DNA of 64,000 bases. Source: Methanobacteriota archaeon (GTDB lineage Archaea > Halobacteriota > Methanosarcinia > Methanotrichales > Methanotrichaceae). Each line of letters opens with the position of its first letter. The first letter of the stretch is position 1. Location: contig JAKPCO010000106.1 in the NCBI GenBank assembly GCA_029553285.1, forward strand, positions 1,921-65,920. Direction: 5' to 3'. The notes under the pieces were generated by a model. That model did not search any database. It was given only the letters and a program-made list of their open reading frames with translations, and was not told where the DNA came from. The position numbers and the translations under genes were made by a program. Positions 1-9,398 of the stretch are shown here, one piece after another.

Positions 1-146
1 CGAATAAGGAAGAAGTACTAATAACAATCAGCATCCTCAAGCCTCGAATATCTGGCTCCGGAACTCTTATTCGGACGGATCCCCCCGCACAACAGAATAT
101 GCCATATAGTAGGTAATACAAAAGGACGCCACTGAGATCAGAGGCG

Positions 147-1397
147 TTGCAATTGACCATAGAGGGCGAGCTGGGCAGGTTGAAGGTTGGAGATTTACAC
201 CCAGTCAGGCTCATGGGGATAATCAACCTGAGCGCTGAGTCATTCTACAAGGGATCCGTCTCCACGCCTGAGAGCGCGGCATCCTTCGCCATGAGGATGG
301 CAGAGGAGGGCGCCGAGGTGATAGATGTCGGAGCCGTATCCACAGCGCCCGGCTCTCCCTTCATTTCAGAGGATGTGGAGCGCGCGAGGCTTTTTCCCGC
401 TCTTGAGAACATCTTGGAAGATGTTGATCTCGAGGTCTCTGTTGACACCCAGAGGGCATCGATAGCAGATCTTGCTCTCTCGAGGGGCGCAAGCTGCATC
501 AACGATGTCTCATGTCTAAGGGAGCCCCGGATGGCAGAGGTCGTCGCGGAGCACGATGCATCGCTGCTCATCATGGCCTCAAAGGATAGACCGGGGGATC
601 TCCTGGAGCTGAAAGATATAATCCCCAGGCTCGCAGCGGCTGTCAGCACCGCTGTGAATAAGGGGGTCGATCCCAGAAAGATTCTGGTAGATCCGGGGAT
701 CGGCCGGTGGGTCCCTGAAAAGACATACGAGTACGATCTCGCGATTCTGGATCGGATGAGAAGTCTCCGCTCGCTGGGGAAGCCCGTCGTCGCAGCCGTC
801 TCCAGGAAGTCGTTCATCGGCGCTGTTCTCGATCTGAGGGATCCTGCTGAGAGGCTGGCAGGATCGATAGCTGCAACGGCCATAGCCGTTTACAACGGGG
901 CACATGTGGTGAGAACACACGACGTCGCTGCCTGCAGGGACGCGGTCAGGATCGCCCAGGCTGCCCGTGGAAGGCAGATGCGTTCCGGAAGGGTGGAGCT
1001 GCTCCAGGTCGCCGGATCGGCCGAGGAGCTGAGGTGCGTCCTTGACTGGGTCGGGGTCGATCCGGGAGCTCATGAGATGCTCTGGAAGAAGGGCTCTTTT
1101 ATGGCAATTGCTGTTGAGGGCATAACCCCTATGGAGGCGCTGGTCATAAAGCAGGAGATGCTGGCTGCGGGTGGGGACGCTGCAGTGCCCAGAGGTGCTC
1201 TGAGGTGTGACCCCTCAGCCAACAGAGCTGTGATATTCGGAACGCTGGCTCAGATCGAGAGGCTTGTGAGAAAGCTCAGGCTTCAGCCGTTCCGTTTACC
1301 GGCAATCGCGAGCGAGATAGAGAATGTCCTCTGCAGAGATGTGAGCAAATACAGGATCGCTGATGATCAAACCACGCTCTCCGGTCCACGGAGGTGA
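147..1397 (+). CDS. Dihydropteroate synthase-like pterin-binding protein with ~130-aa C-terminal extension
   Basis: 416-aa ORF. The N-terminal ~280 aa carry DHPS-type motifs (RLMGIINLSAESFYKGS, IDVGAVSTAPG, ILVDPGIGRW, SRKSFIG, VVRTHDV). TTG start at 147, alternative ATG at 213. The stop lies inside the RBS/start of the next gene. Confidence 0.8.
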   Translation: MQLTIEGELGRLKVGDLHPVRLMGIINLSAESFYKGSVSTPESAASFAMRMAEEGAEVIDVGAVSTAPGSPFISEDVERARLFPALENILEDVDLEVSVDTQRASIADLALSRGASCINDVSCLREPRMAEVVAEHDASLLIMASKDRPGDLLELKDIIPRLAAAVSTAVNKGVDPRKILVDPGIGRWVPEKTYEYDLAILDRMRSLRSLGKPVVAAVSRKSFIGAVLDLRDPAERLAGSIAATAIAVYNGAHVVRTHDVAACRDAVRIAQAARGRQMRSGRVELLQVAGSAEELRCVLDWVGVDPGAHEMLWKKGSFMAIAVEGITPMEALVIKQEMLAAGGDAAVPRGALRCDPSANRAVIFGTLAQIERLVRKLRLQPFRLPAIASEIENVLCRDVSKYRIADDQTTLSGPRR

Positions 1398-1398
1398 G

Positions 1399-2580
1399 AT
1401 GCTGGAGATCTTCGGGATAAAGACCGGTCTTCTGAAGCCCGGCGAAGATATCATAGAATCTCTCAGAAGGGGGCTTGATGGGGCCGGCATAAAGCTCATG
1501 GATGGAGATGTGATCGTCGTCTCTGAGAGCTTCGTTGCAACCGGCGAGGGGCGGGTGGTCTCTCTCTCCGGTATCACCCCCAGTGCCCGCGCGATCTCCC
1601 TCGCCTCCAGGTACGAAAAGGATCCTGCAGAGATGGAGCTCATCCTCAGGGAGTCAGATGAGATACTTGGCGGGATACCTGGTGTCGTTCTCACGCTCAA
1701 GGATGGTTTTCTTTACCCGAATGCGGGGGTCGATCATTCAAATGCGCCTCCAGGGCATGTGGTTCTGCTACCATCAGACCCCAAGAAGGCGGCCTCAAGA
1801 ATAAGGAGCGCCCTCTCGAACGGCGCCAGGATAGGCGTGATAATAGGAGACAGCAGAACGCACCCCCTCCGTCTCGGATGCGTCGGCGTTGCGCTCGCAT
1901 GCGATGGCATTCTCCCTGTGGAGGACGCCCGCGGAAGAAAGGATCTCTACGGGAGACCCCTGAAGATAACGGTTAAGGCTGTGGCCGACAACCTCGTATC
2001 TGCTGCGCAGCTTGTCATGGGGGAGGGGGATGAGGGGATTCCTGCGGTCGTGATACGGGGAGCTCCGGTCGAGTTCTCAGATTCGGGGCCTGTTGCGATA
2101 CCGAACATACCGCCGCACGAGTGCATGTACATCGGTGTCCTGCGATCGATACCGCGTCCGTACACAGGCGAGTACGATGATCTCATCAAATCAGCTATCG
2201 ATGCCAGGAGCCAGGCATACGCCCCTTACTCGAAGTTCAGGGTCGGGGCTGCAGTCCTGTGCAGAAGCGGCAGGATCTACAGAGGCGCAAATGTGGAGAA
2301 CGCATCATCTGGCGCCGGAATATGTGCTGAGAGAGTCGCGATGGCCAGTGCAGTGGCTGCGGGTGAGAGGGAGCTCGTAGCGCTTGCCGTCGCCGGAGAG
2401 CTGCCAAAGCCCATCACGCCCTGTGGCATATGCAGGCAGATGATGGTCGAGTTTGGGGATATGGACGTCGTGATGGTCGGATCAGATGGAGATGCGCTGA
2501 TGGTGAGGGCGAGCGAACTGCTGCCTGATGCCTTCACCCTCGCATGCGGATCGAGATGCTCAGGATCCGGGAAGCATTAG
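1399..2580 (+). CDS. Fusion protein: CofE-like (F420-0:gamma-glutamyl ligase family) domain plus cytidine/deoxycytidylate deaminase domain
   Basis: ATG at 1399 preceded by GGAGGTGA. The N-terminal ~250 aa have CofE-like motifs (VVVSESFVATGEG, YPNAGVDHSN, LLPSDPKKAA, GVIIGDSRTHPLRLGCVGVALA). The C-terminal ~130 aa have Cdd zinc motifs (GICAERVA and PCGICRQ). Confidence 0.75.
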   Translation: MLEIFGIKTGLLKPGEDIIESLRRGLDGAGIKLMDGDVIVVSESFVATGEGRVVSLSGITPSARAISLASRYEKDPAEMELILRESDEILGGIPGVVLTLKDGFLYPNAGVDHSNAPPGHVVLLPSDPKKAASRIRSALSNGARIGVIIGDSRTHPLRLGCVGVALACDGILPVEDARGRKDLYGRPLKITVKAVADNLVSAAQLVMGEGDEGIPAVVIRGAPVEFSDSGPVAIPNIPPHECMYIGVLRSIPRPYTGEYDDLIKSAIDARSQAYAPYSKFRVGAAVLCRSGRIYRGANVENASSGAGICAERVAMASAVAAGERELVALAVAGELPKPITPCGICRQMMVEFGDMDVVMVGSDGDALMVRASELLPDAFTLACGSRCSGSGKH

Positions 2581-2780
2581 CAGAGAATGCTCATCCCTGT
2601 GATTCAAGCGCCGCTCTACGGAGCTCGGTCCTGCTGATGTCAGCTAACCTCTCGTCTTCGGACATGTGGTCAGGTGGCGCCAGGGACAGGCTCTGGTCTC
2701 CAGGCCGGAGCAGCAGACTTCTCGCAGGCCCATCAGACGGATGCGCATGTATTTATCAGCCATTGCAGATCCCTGCTGTA

Positions 2781-3512
2781 ATGCGGGAACAGCTGGTCTT
2801 TGCCCTGGGCAGGATAGAGAATCTGATCCATCAGGTGAGTCTCGACCCGGAGAGTGGCGCTGGCAGGGTTATAACGAACAGATCCCTTGTGGCCAGGGAG
2901 GATCTTCATGAGACGCTTGAGATTTTCAAAGATGCGATAGACAGCGATCTTGCGGTCTCTCCCCTGATCAGGCTCGAGGAAGCTGGGGAGAGGTTCAGGA
3001 TATACACAGTCTGCAGCATGACCATAGACGGGTATCTCATAAAGCACGGGATACCTGTTCGCCCGAAGGGCGGCGGGCTCATAGAGGTGATAGACAGAGA
3101 GACGGTGCGCTTCACGGATATGATAATGTACTGGGCCACAACCATAGACCCGCTTGACCTTCTCGTGGCTCAGGAGCTGACCGGCATATGTGATATGATG
3201 CGCACCGGAACCGGAAGAATACTCGGAAATCTGCATGAGGCTCCGATGCTCTCCCGCGATACGATAGAGGATCTGCTTGATGAACTGAGAGAGGCAGGGA
3301 TCATGGGGGTTGTGGAGCTCGGCGAGCCGAACATGGAGGTTCTGGGAATGCCTGTGGAGCGCGATCATCTCGGGATGGCGCTCGTTGGCGGCACAAACCC
3401 TGCTGCGGCCGCGGTCGAGCTCGGTCTTGATATCGAGACAGAGTCCATATCGGGGCTCACCGATATCTCTGAGATGTACCACATAGAGGATCTGATGGAT
3501 CGCATGCTCTGA
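2781..3512 (+). CDS. NrpR-type regulatory domain (DUF128-like) protein, no HTH
   Basis: The ORF 2544-3512 is probably too long. The ATG at 2781 (MREQLVFALGRIENL) starts the conserved part. Resemblance to the NrpR C-terminal domain is from memory of the family, so the call is tentative. Confidence 0.45.
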   Translation: MREQLVFALGRIENLIHQVSLDPESGAGRVITNRSLVAREDLHETLEIFKDAIDSDLAVSPLIRLEEAGERFRIYTVCSMTIDGYLIKHGIPVRPKGGGLIEVIDRETVRFTDMIMYWATTIDPLDLLVAQELTGICDMMRTGTGRILGNLHEAPMLSRDTIEDLLDELREAGIMGVVELGEPNMEVLGMPVERDHLGMALVGGTNPAAAAVELGLDIETESISGLTDISEMYHIEDLMDRML

Positions 3513-3635
3513 TCGATCCCAGTCACCACCCTCGAAGAAACACCTCCTTCAGAGGACTGCCCAGCTTGGAAGTACTTGATGTGATCGCATATCCTTGAAT
3601 GCAGGGTTCTTGTGTTGGGCTGCCAGCATCTCCCT

Positions 3636-6167
3636 TCATGTCAGGCTGGATCGTCCTCTTCTGAATATCAGCTTCCAAGCCTCGAACCAGAGCACGCTCG
3701 CGAAGGCCAGAGCGAGGCATATCACGATGTCGTTTGGGTGCAGGTGGCCGAAATGGAACATCTCCCTCAGCGGTGTCACGTATAGTATCATCGAGAGCAG
3801 AAGCACAGTCCCCCCAAAGATCATCCAGAGCGCAGAGTTTCTGCTCTTCATGCTCTGGATTATCGTCTGAGACCAGGATCTGTTTATGAGTATGAGAAAG
3901 AGATTTGCCAGAACAAGTGTTGTGAAGATCAGAGCTCTGGCCCCGTCCAAATCTCTCCCGGAGCTCATAAGGTAAACTGCAGAGAGCACTGCAAGAACGC
4001 TGATCCCCTGAAGAGCACCCAGGGCGATCACACTGGTGCTGAAGAGAGAGGCTTCTGGATCCATAGGGGGCCTGGACATTATATCGATCTCCTCAGCCTC
4101 AGCCTCGAATGCTATCGAGCAGGCAGGATCTATCACGAGCTCCAGGAAGGCTATGTGAATCGGAAGGAGGAGCAGTGGCTGGCCGAGAGCCACAGGCAGT
4201 ATGGACATGCCCGCGATCGGAACATGGATCGCCAGTATGTACGCAGTCGCCTTTCGGATGTTGTCAAAGATCCTCCTGCCCAGACGTATCGCTCTGACTA
4301 TTGAGGAGAAGTCGTCGTCCAAAAGCACGATATCCGCAGACTCGCGGGCCACATCCGTGCCCCTCGATCCCATGGCGATGCCTATGTGGGATGCTTTAAG
4401 AGCAGGAGCGTCATTTACCCCATCTCCGGTCATCGCAACTATCTCCCCATCTCTCTTCAGGAGCTCGACAAGCCTAAGCTTCTGCTCGGGAACCATCCTC
4501 GCGAAGACGTTTGCCTCTCTCAGGCGTTGTGAGAGATCTTCATCGCTCATCGACTCGATCTCAGGCCCGGTCAGCACAGAGACGGGATGGAGGTTGATGG
4601 CGGATGCGATTGAAGATGCAGTGACGGGATGGTCTCCTGTGATCAGCATCACCCTCACGCCCGCTCTCTGGCATTCATTTACCGCATCAGGGACGCCTGG
4701 CCTGATGGTGTCCGAGAAGCCGAGCAATCCCAGAAACTGAAAGTCGAACCCGTGCTGTCCATCCGGCAGCTTCGATTCCGGGATCGCGGCTCGGGCAACC
4801 CCTAGAACGCGCAGGCCATCCGATGCCATCCTCTCCACAGCTTCGTTGAGCTCCTCAATCTGTTCCCGGTCGAGATGGCAGAGATCGAATATCGATTCCG
4901 GCGCGCCCTTTGCAGCTATTACATACTCATTCCCGCGCATCCAGACCATCGACATCGCGAGAATGTCATCTGTGAGCGGGTACTCCTGTACAAAGGTCCA
5001 GTCGTCGTGGATGTGTTCCGTCCCGTTGAGCTCCCTCCTCCCCAGCTCCTTGAGTGCGATCTCCATCGGATTGAATGGATCCCTCCTGCCGGCGAGGATC
5101 CCGAACTCAACCACATCGTGAACCTCCTCAGGAAGCATCCCATCCACATCATAGATCCTGCCTCTTGCGAATATCTTACTTACATGCATCCTGTTCAGGG
5201 TCACGGTGCCGGTCTTGTCGGTGCAGAGGGCGGTGACGGATCCGAGGGTCTCTATGGCAGAGAGGTTTCTGGTCAGGACATTTATCCTGGAGAGCCTCCA
5301 GGCGCCAAGAGCGAGAAAGATCGTGAGGACAACGGGGAACTCCTCAGGAAGTATCGCCATCGTGAGCGTTATACCTGCCAGAAGACCGCCGAGAAGATCT
5401 CCGGTCTCGAGCGCATACGCGATCAGGAGGGCTGTGCTGAGGGAGATCCCGAAAATCGTGAGCCTGCGAACCATCGATCGCATCTCACTCTTGAGCCTGC
5501 TCTCCTCGAGCTCTATGCTCTTGAGGGACGCACCTATCCGTCCCATCAGCGTCCTGGAGCCGGTGGCGACCACTCTGGCCAGTCCCATCCCCTGAACGAC
5601 AAGCGTGCCGGAGTAGACGAAGGGCACCTCATCCCCACCAGGCGGCATGACCTCCTGATACTCTTTATCTTCGCATGGGATCTTCCTGACGGGCATAGAT
5701 TCTCCCGTCAGTATCGATTCATCTACCAGCAGACTGGTGCAGGAGATCACCGCAGCATCCGCCGGTACCCTGTCTCCCTCCTCAAGGGCGATGAGGTCTC
5801 CGCGGACGACCTCCCGCCCGGGGATTCTCATCGGCAGCCCATCCCTTATCACCAGAGCCCTCGGGCTCGAGAGAGCCCTCAGAGCATCCAGAGCGCCCTC
5901 TGCCCTCCTCTCCTGGTAGAGTGTTATGGAGATCACCACAATCACGAAGAATATCAGAATTAGCGCCTCCCTGTGGTCTCCCAGGAGAAGGTAAATGCCT
6001 CCGCAGGCCATGAGCAGGGATATCATCGGCTCCTTCAGAACCTCCACGGCGATGGATGGAAGCCCACGCCTCCTCTCTGAGGGGAGCTCGTTGTAACCGT
6101 CCTCCCGAAGTCTCCTCTCCGCCTCAGCGCTCGAGAGACCAGCAGCTTTGATCTCCATGCCACTCAC
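3636..6167 (-). CDS. Cation-transporting P-type ATPase (P2-like, Ca2+/Mn2+ type)
   Basis: 843 aa with DKTGTVT phosphorylation motif, TGES, MITGDH and TGDGVNDAPALK, plus ~10 predicted TM segments. Confidence 0.9.
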   Translation of the reverse strand: MSGMEIKAAGLSSAEAERRLREDGYNELPSERRRGLPSIAVEVLKEPMISLLMACGGIYLLLGDHREALILIFFVIVVISITLYQERRAEGALDALRALSSPRALVIRDGLPMRIPGREVVRGDLIALEEGDRVPADAAVISCTSLLVDESILTGESMPVRKIPCEDKEYQEVMPPGGDEVPFVYSGTLVVQGMGLARVVATGSRTLMGRIGASLKSIELEESRLKSEMRSMVRRLTIFGISLSTALLIAYALETGDLLGGLLAGITLTMAILPEEFPVVLTIFLALGAWRLSRINVLTRNLSAIETLGSVTALCTDKTGTVTLNRMHVSKIFARGRIYDVDGMLPEEVHDVVEFGILAGRRDPFNPMEIALKELGRRELNGTEHIHDDWTFVQEYPLTDDILAMSMVWMRGNEYVIAAKGAPESIFDLCHLDREQIEELNEAVERMASDGLRVLGVARAAIPESKLPDGQHGFDFQFLGLLGFSDTIRPGVPDAVNECQRAGVRVMLITGDHPVTASSIASAINLHPVSVLTGPEIESMSDEDLSQRLREANVFARMVPEQKLRLVELLKRDGEIVAMTGDGVNDAPALKASHIGIAMGSRGTDVARESADIVLLDDDFSSIVRAIRLGRRIFDNIRKATAYILAIHVPIAGMSILPVALGQPLLLLPIHIAFLELVIDPACSIAFEAEAEEIDIMSRPPMDPEASLFSTSVIALGALQGISVLAVLSAVYLMSSGRDLDGARALIFTTLVLANLFLILINRSWSQTIIQSMKSRNSALWMIFGGTVLLLSMILYVTPLREMFHFGHLHPNDIVICLALAFASVLWFEAWKLIFRRGRSSLT

Positions 6168-7168
6168 CTGCCTGAGATACTCTTCAGGCAGTTCATGAGC
6201 CGCTCTCTGTCATGGGTTCTCGCCAGAGATGCCAGCATCGAGACCACAAGAACCAGCGCGACGACTCCAAGGGCGAATGTGACCGGTATCTCATACACAT
6301 CTGAGAGAAGCATCTTGATGCCCACGAATATCAGTATAATTATCACACCGTGGTTGAGGTAGTGGAACATGTGCGCGCAGGCGGCCAGAGCAAAGTAGAG
6401 AGCTCTCAGCCCGAGCACCGCAAAGACGTTTGATGTGTATACCACAAATGGATCGACGGTGACAGCGAAGACTGCGGGGATCGAGTCCACAGCAAATACC
6501 AGGTCTGTCACCTCCACCGCGATCAGGACGATCAGGAGCGGAGTGGCCATGGTTCTGCCGTATGCTCTGGTGATGAACCTGCCACCATCATAGTGGTCTG
6601 TCGCCGGTATGACGCTTCTGAACATCCTCACGACCGGGTTCCTGTCCGGCTGAACGTTAGATTCCCGCTGGAGGGCCATCTTGATCCCTGTCACGATTAG
6701 AAATGCCCCGAACAGGTAGACGATCCAGTCGAAGTGCTCTATCAGCGTCAGACCGGTCGCTATGAATAATGCTCTCATGAGGAGCGCAACGACGATGCCC
6801 CAGAACAGTACCCTGTACTGATGTGTTTCGGGTACCTGGAAGTAGCTGAATATCATCAGGAAGACAAAAAGGTTGTCGACGCTCAGCGATCTTTCTATGA
6901 GATAGCCTGCCAGAAACTCGATCGCTCTGTCCTGGCCGTGCCACAAAAATATTATTATGTTGAACAAGAGCGCGATTGCAGTCCAGATCCCGCTCCAGAT
7001 CAGCGACTCTTTAACTGATATAACGCTCGATCTTCTGTGGAAGACTCCCAGATCAACTGCGAGAAGGAGTATGACGAAAACGCCAAAGCCGATCCAAAGC
7101 ACAACCTGGTTCGATGTCAAGGGGACACATCCGTCGGAATTTTGCGATTTGACGAAATCACAATACAT
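6164..7168 (-). CDS. terC: TerC family integral membrane protein
   Basis: 334 aa, polytopic. TerC-type motif ERSLSVDNLFVFLMIF and a second VDSIPAVFAVT repeat. 4-nt overlap with the downstream ATPase gene suggests an operon. Confidence 0.75.
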   Translation of the reverse strand: MYCDFVKSQNSDGCVPLTSNQVVLWIGFGVFVILLLAVDLGVFHRRSSVISVKESLIWSGIWTAIALLFNIIIFLWHGQDRAIEFLAGYLIERSLSVDNLFVFLMIFSYFQVPETHQYRVLFWGIVVALLMRALFIATGLTLIEHFDWIVYLFGAFLIVTGIKMALQRESNVQPDRNPVVRMFRSVIPATDHYDGGRFITRAYGRTMATPLLIVLIAVEVTDLVFAVDSIPAVFAVTVDPFVVYTSNVFAVLGLRALYFALAACAHMFHYLNHGVIIILIFVGIKMLLSDVYEIPVTFALGVVALVLVVSMLASLARTHDRERLMNCLKSISGR

Positions 7169-7247
7169 ATTCGCCGATATTTAAGACCTTTCCATTGCAG
7201 CCAGTGCTATGCACAGGAAAACGATGCGAAGACCTCTGACGGTAAAC

Positions 7248-7335
7248 AGGGGTCGTGTACTCAGATCGAACCAGCAGGCATCGCAGGATTTGCGATCTGT
7301 TTTGCCAGTGCATGCAGATTCCGGAATTTCCATTC
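7248..7335. repeat. R2 repeat, copy A (~85 bp, contains GCATGC and TTCCGGAA palindromes)
   Basis: The last ~60 nt (ggcatcgcaggatttgcgatctgttttgccagtgcatgcagattccggaatttccattc) are nearly identical to 44339-44398. It abuts family-A element copy 1. Confidence 0.7.
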
Positions 7336-7487
7336 GCTCTTATGTGCGTAGCAACTTATAGAGCATGCAATGGGTCGATGAAAGCATTGCCACGCCTTCG
7401 ACTTAGTCGAAACCCTTCGGAGCAGTCGAAGGTAAGTCGAAACCATGACCCCTGCTCCTTCGGCAAGTCATCAAATGGATAAGAGCG
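7335..7487 (+). mobile_element. MITE-like element family A, copy 1 (long variant, no TSD seen)
   Basis: Starts CGCTCTTATGTGCG and ends CAAATGGATAAGAGCG. The core carries extra gtcgaaac-type repeats. Confidence 0.75.
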
Positions 7488-7536
7488 AACCCCCCTTTCT
7501 CCTAACATCTGCTCATGTCGCTAAATAATTGTATAG

Positions 7537-8451
7537 ATGCTGTTTTATATCAAAAAGCTGGTTTTTAGGAATTCTCAGTTATTCGAGTGCACTGCGAGGC
7601 CGTCTCTAGCAGGAGCTGCTCGAAACTGTTACATAGCGACCTGTGCGAGATATGTGCAGGATGTGACCTTCTTGAAGGTTGTGGTGTACTACAATGGAGA
7701 GTTCGGCGAGAGGGTCGTCGGCAATCTTCTCAACTACCCGGGATTCTGCATCTCATGTGGTGAGGCATGCACGCAGTGCAGAAGCGGAAAGTACAGTGGA
7801 GCCGGTGATATCGTGGCGGCTGTTGAGATGCCCGATCCCGCATCTCTCGGAGATTTCATAGATGATGTTGAGCCGCTGCTTCCTGCGGTTCCAGAGGCTG
7901 ATATCGCGATCGTCATAAATGTGCATCCTGACATAATCTTCGGATTGCTCCCAAAAATGAAGGATGCCGGGATCAGGGGGATAATCGGATGCTCAGAGAG
8001 TCCGAAGGATATGCCCATGGGGCTCAGACTCCAGGTATCCAGGGCTGCGGAGGATCTGGGGATGGAGGCTGCATTCTCCAAGCCGTTCTGTGCCATGAGG
8101 CCTGATCCTCTTAAGCCGAACATCGCAGCGTTTCTGAAGAGAGCGATGATCGGCGAGCCCGAGCTGGAGATGGTGCTCCAGAAGGGCAGGGAGGGGAAGG
8201 AGGTGATCGCCGCAGCCAGTGTCATCAGATCTGCCCCATGCGGGTCGACGTGGTTCGTGGCCAAGCGGCTGATCGGCTTGGAGAAGGATGATCCCCAGCT
8301 GCACGAGAGGATCTCGGAGGCACATCATGCATATCCATGCACCGCGAGCATGGAAAGGGATCCTGAGATCGGAGATACCGTGCTGCACAGGGCGGGGTAC
8401 ATAATAAGGGATAAGGTCGAGGAGGCGCTTAGGAGAGCTGTATCCGGGTAA
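7537..8451 (+). CDS. DUF166-like conserved archaeal protein
   Basis: The ORF is conserved-looking from ~7663/7672 (GTG/TTG; KVVVYYNGEFGERVV). Cys-rich CISCGEACTQC segment. The true start is probably downstream of 7537. Family assignment is from memory. Confidence 0.5.
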   Translation: MLFYIKKLVFRNSQLFECTARPSLAGAARNCYIATCARYVQDVTFLKVVVYYNGEFGERVVGNLLNYPGFCISCGEACTQCRSGKYSGAGDIVAAVEMPDPASLGDFIDDVEPLLPAVPEADIAIVINVHPDIIFGLLPKMKDAGIRGIIGCSESPKDMPMGLRLQVSRAAEDLGMEAAFSKPFCAMRPDPLKPNIAAFLKRAMIGEPELEMVLQKGREGKEVIAAASVIRSAPCGSTWFVAKRLIGLEKDDPQLHERISEAHHAYPCTASMERDPEIGDTVLHRAGYIIRDKVEEALRRAVSG

Positions 8452-8468
8452 GATTTTTGTAATATACT

Positions 8469-8966
8469 GTGGTATGCAGAATCATGATATTTCACATTCA
8501 ACATGCTCTCGCGGTGATGCTTGTGAGTGGAGACACTGAGGGTGCCAGGAGGTGGCTTGAGAAGGGCAACTCGCACTTCAACTCGGGAAGATACGAACAG
8601 GCTCTGGAGGCATACGATCGCGCTGTAGAGCAGGACCCAGCAATCGTGGACGCATGGAACAACCGCGGCATCGCTCTATCATACATGGGAAGATATGAGG
8701 AGGCTCTGAAGAGCTACGATGAGGCGATCAGGCTCGATCCGAACCATGCGTTCGCCTGGAACAACAAGGGCATGGCCCTGGGATCGATGGGGAGGTACCA
8801 GGAGGCTCTCGCCTGCTTCGACAGAGCCCTTGAGATCGATGCGTACTTCATAGGAGCATGGTACAACAAAAGCCATGCCATGGCAGCCCTCGGCAGAACG
8901 AGGGAGGCACGGGCTGCGATGATCACGGCAAAGACCCTCGAGAGCGCGGCGAGAAGATGCAGGTGA
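8469..8966 (+). CDS. TPR repeat protein
   Basis: Four consecutive 34-aa TPR units (e.g. AWNNRGIALSYMGRYEEALKSYDEAIRLDP, AWNNKGMALGSMGRYQEALACFDRALEID). Confidence 0.85.
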   Translation: MVCRIMIFHIQHALAVMLVSGDTEGARRWLEKGNSHFNSGRYEQALEAYDRAVEQDPAIVDAWNNRGIALSYMGRYEEALKSYDEAIRLDPNHAFAWNNKGMALGSMGRYQEALACFDRALEIDAYFIGAWYNKSHAMAALGRTREARAAMITAKTLESAARRCR

Positions 8967-8976
8967 ATCACAGTCT

Positions 8977-9099
8977 CGCTCTTATGTATTCAGCAACTTG
9001 AAAGACATGCAAGCTTGTTGCTGAAGCACTCATTCGCTCGCCACGAGCGCATAGCAGGACTGGTGCCTCTTCGGGCAAGTTATCTGATGGATAAGAGCG
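8977..9099 (+). mobile_element. MITE-like element family A, copy 2
   Basis: CGCTCTTATG...GATGGATAAGAGCG. Perfect 9-bp TSD TCACAGTCT at 8968-8976 and 9100-9108. The TSD begins 2 nt after the TPR gene stop codon. Confidence 0.9.
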
Positions 9100-9283
9100 T
9101 CACAGTCTTGTTTAGCATTCGATGGCCTCTCCGTAGAAGCACTGCCTGTTATTTGCGCCTGTCGGCGAGTGCTTGGAGCAGCAGCACTGGCCTTCAAGCT
9201 GCTGTAAGAGCCTCTGCGGTCTTTGGGCTTCAGGATTAGCTATATATCCATGATTTGATTCTATACTGCGTTGCCCTTTTTGC

Positions 9284-9358
9284 GGGACAGTAGGGTAGTC
9301 TGGTCCATCCTCGAGCGTTTGGGACGCTTGGACCGCGGTTCGAATCCGCGCTGTCCCA
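9284..9358 (+). tRNA. tRNA-Pro (anticodon UGG)
   Basis: Manual cloverleaf: acceptor GGGACAG/CTGTCCC, anticodon arm GAGCG-TTTGGGA-CGCTT, T arm CGCGG-TTCGAAT-CCGCG, discriminator A. No encoded CCA. Confidence 0.85.
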
Positions 9359-9398
9359 TTACTGCACTCAGAGGCCCGTCCCATTTGGGGCAGATAGC

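Noticed and set aside
1-73. 8-bp perfect inverted repeat CGAATAAG...CTTATTCG at the window start, reminiscent of the family-A termini.
   Set aside because: The stem is only 8 bp, the sequence sits at the window edge so its context is unknown, and it has no similarity to the family-A core. This is insufficient to call an element.
7261-7482. 60-110-aa ORFs in the track overlapping the repeat elements: 7255-7482, 7261-7446, 13589-13876, 13655-13963, 18109-18393, 18293-18478, 19778-20002, 21869-22187, 37814-38167, 44223-44535 and 61128-61373.
   Set aside because: They run through family-A, R2 or family-C repeat copies on either strand. They share only repeat-derived peptide fragments (for example ...CYAHKS.../...LMCIATCRACN...). 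They have no RBS or promoter context and differ in frame and length between copies, so they are repeat artefacts, not genes.
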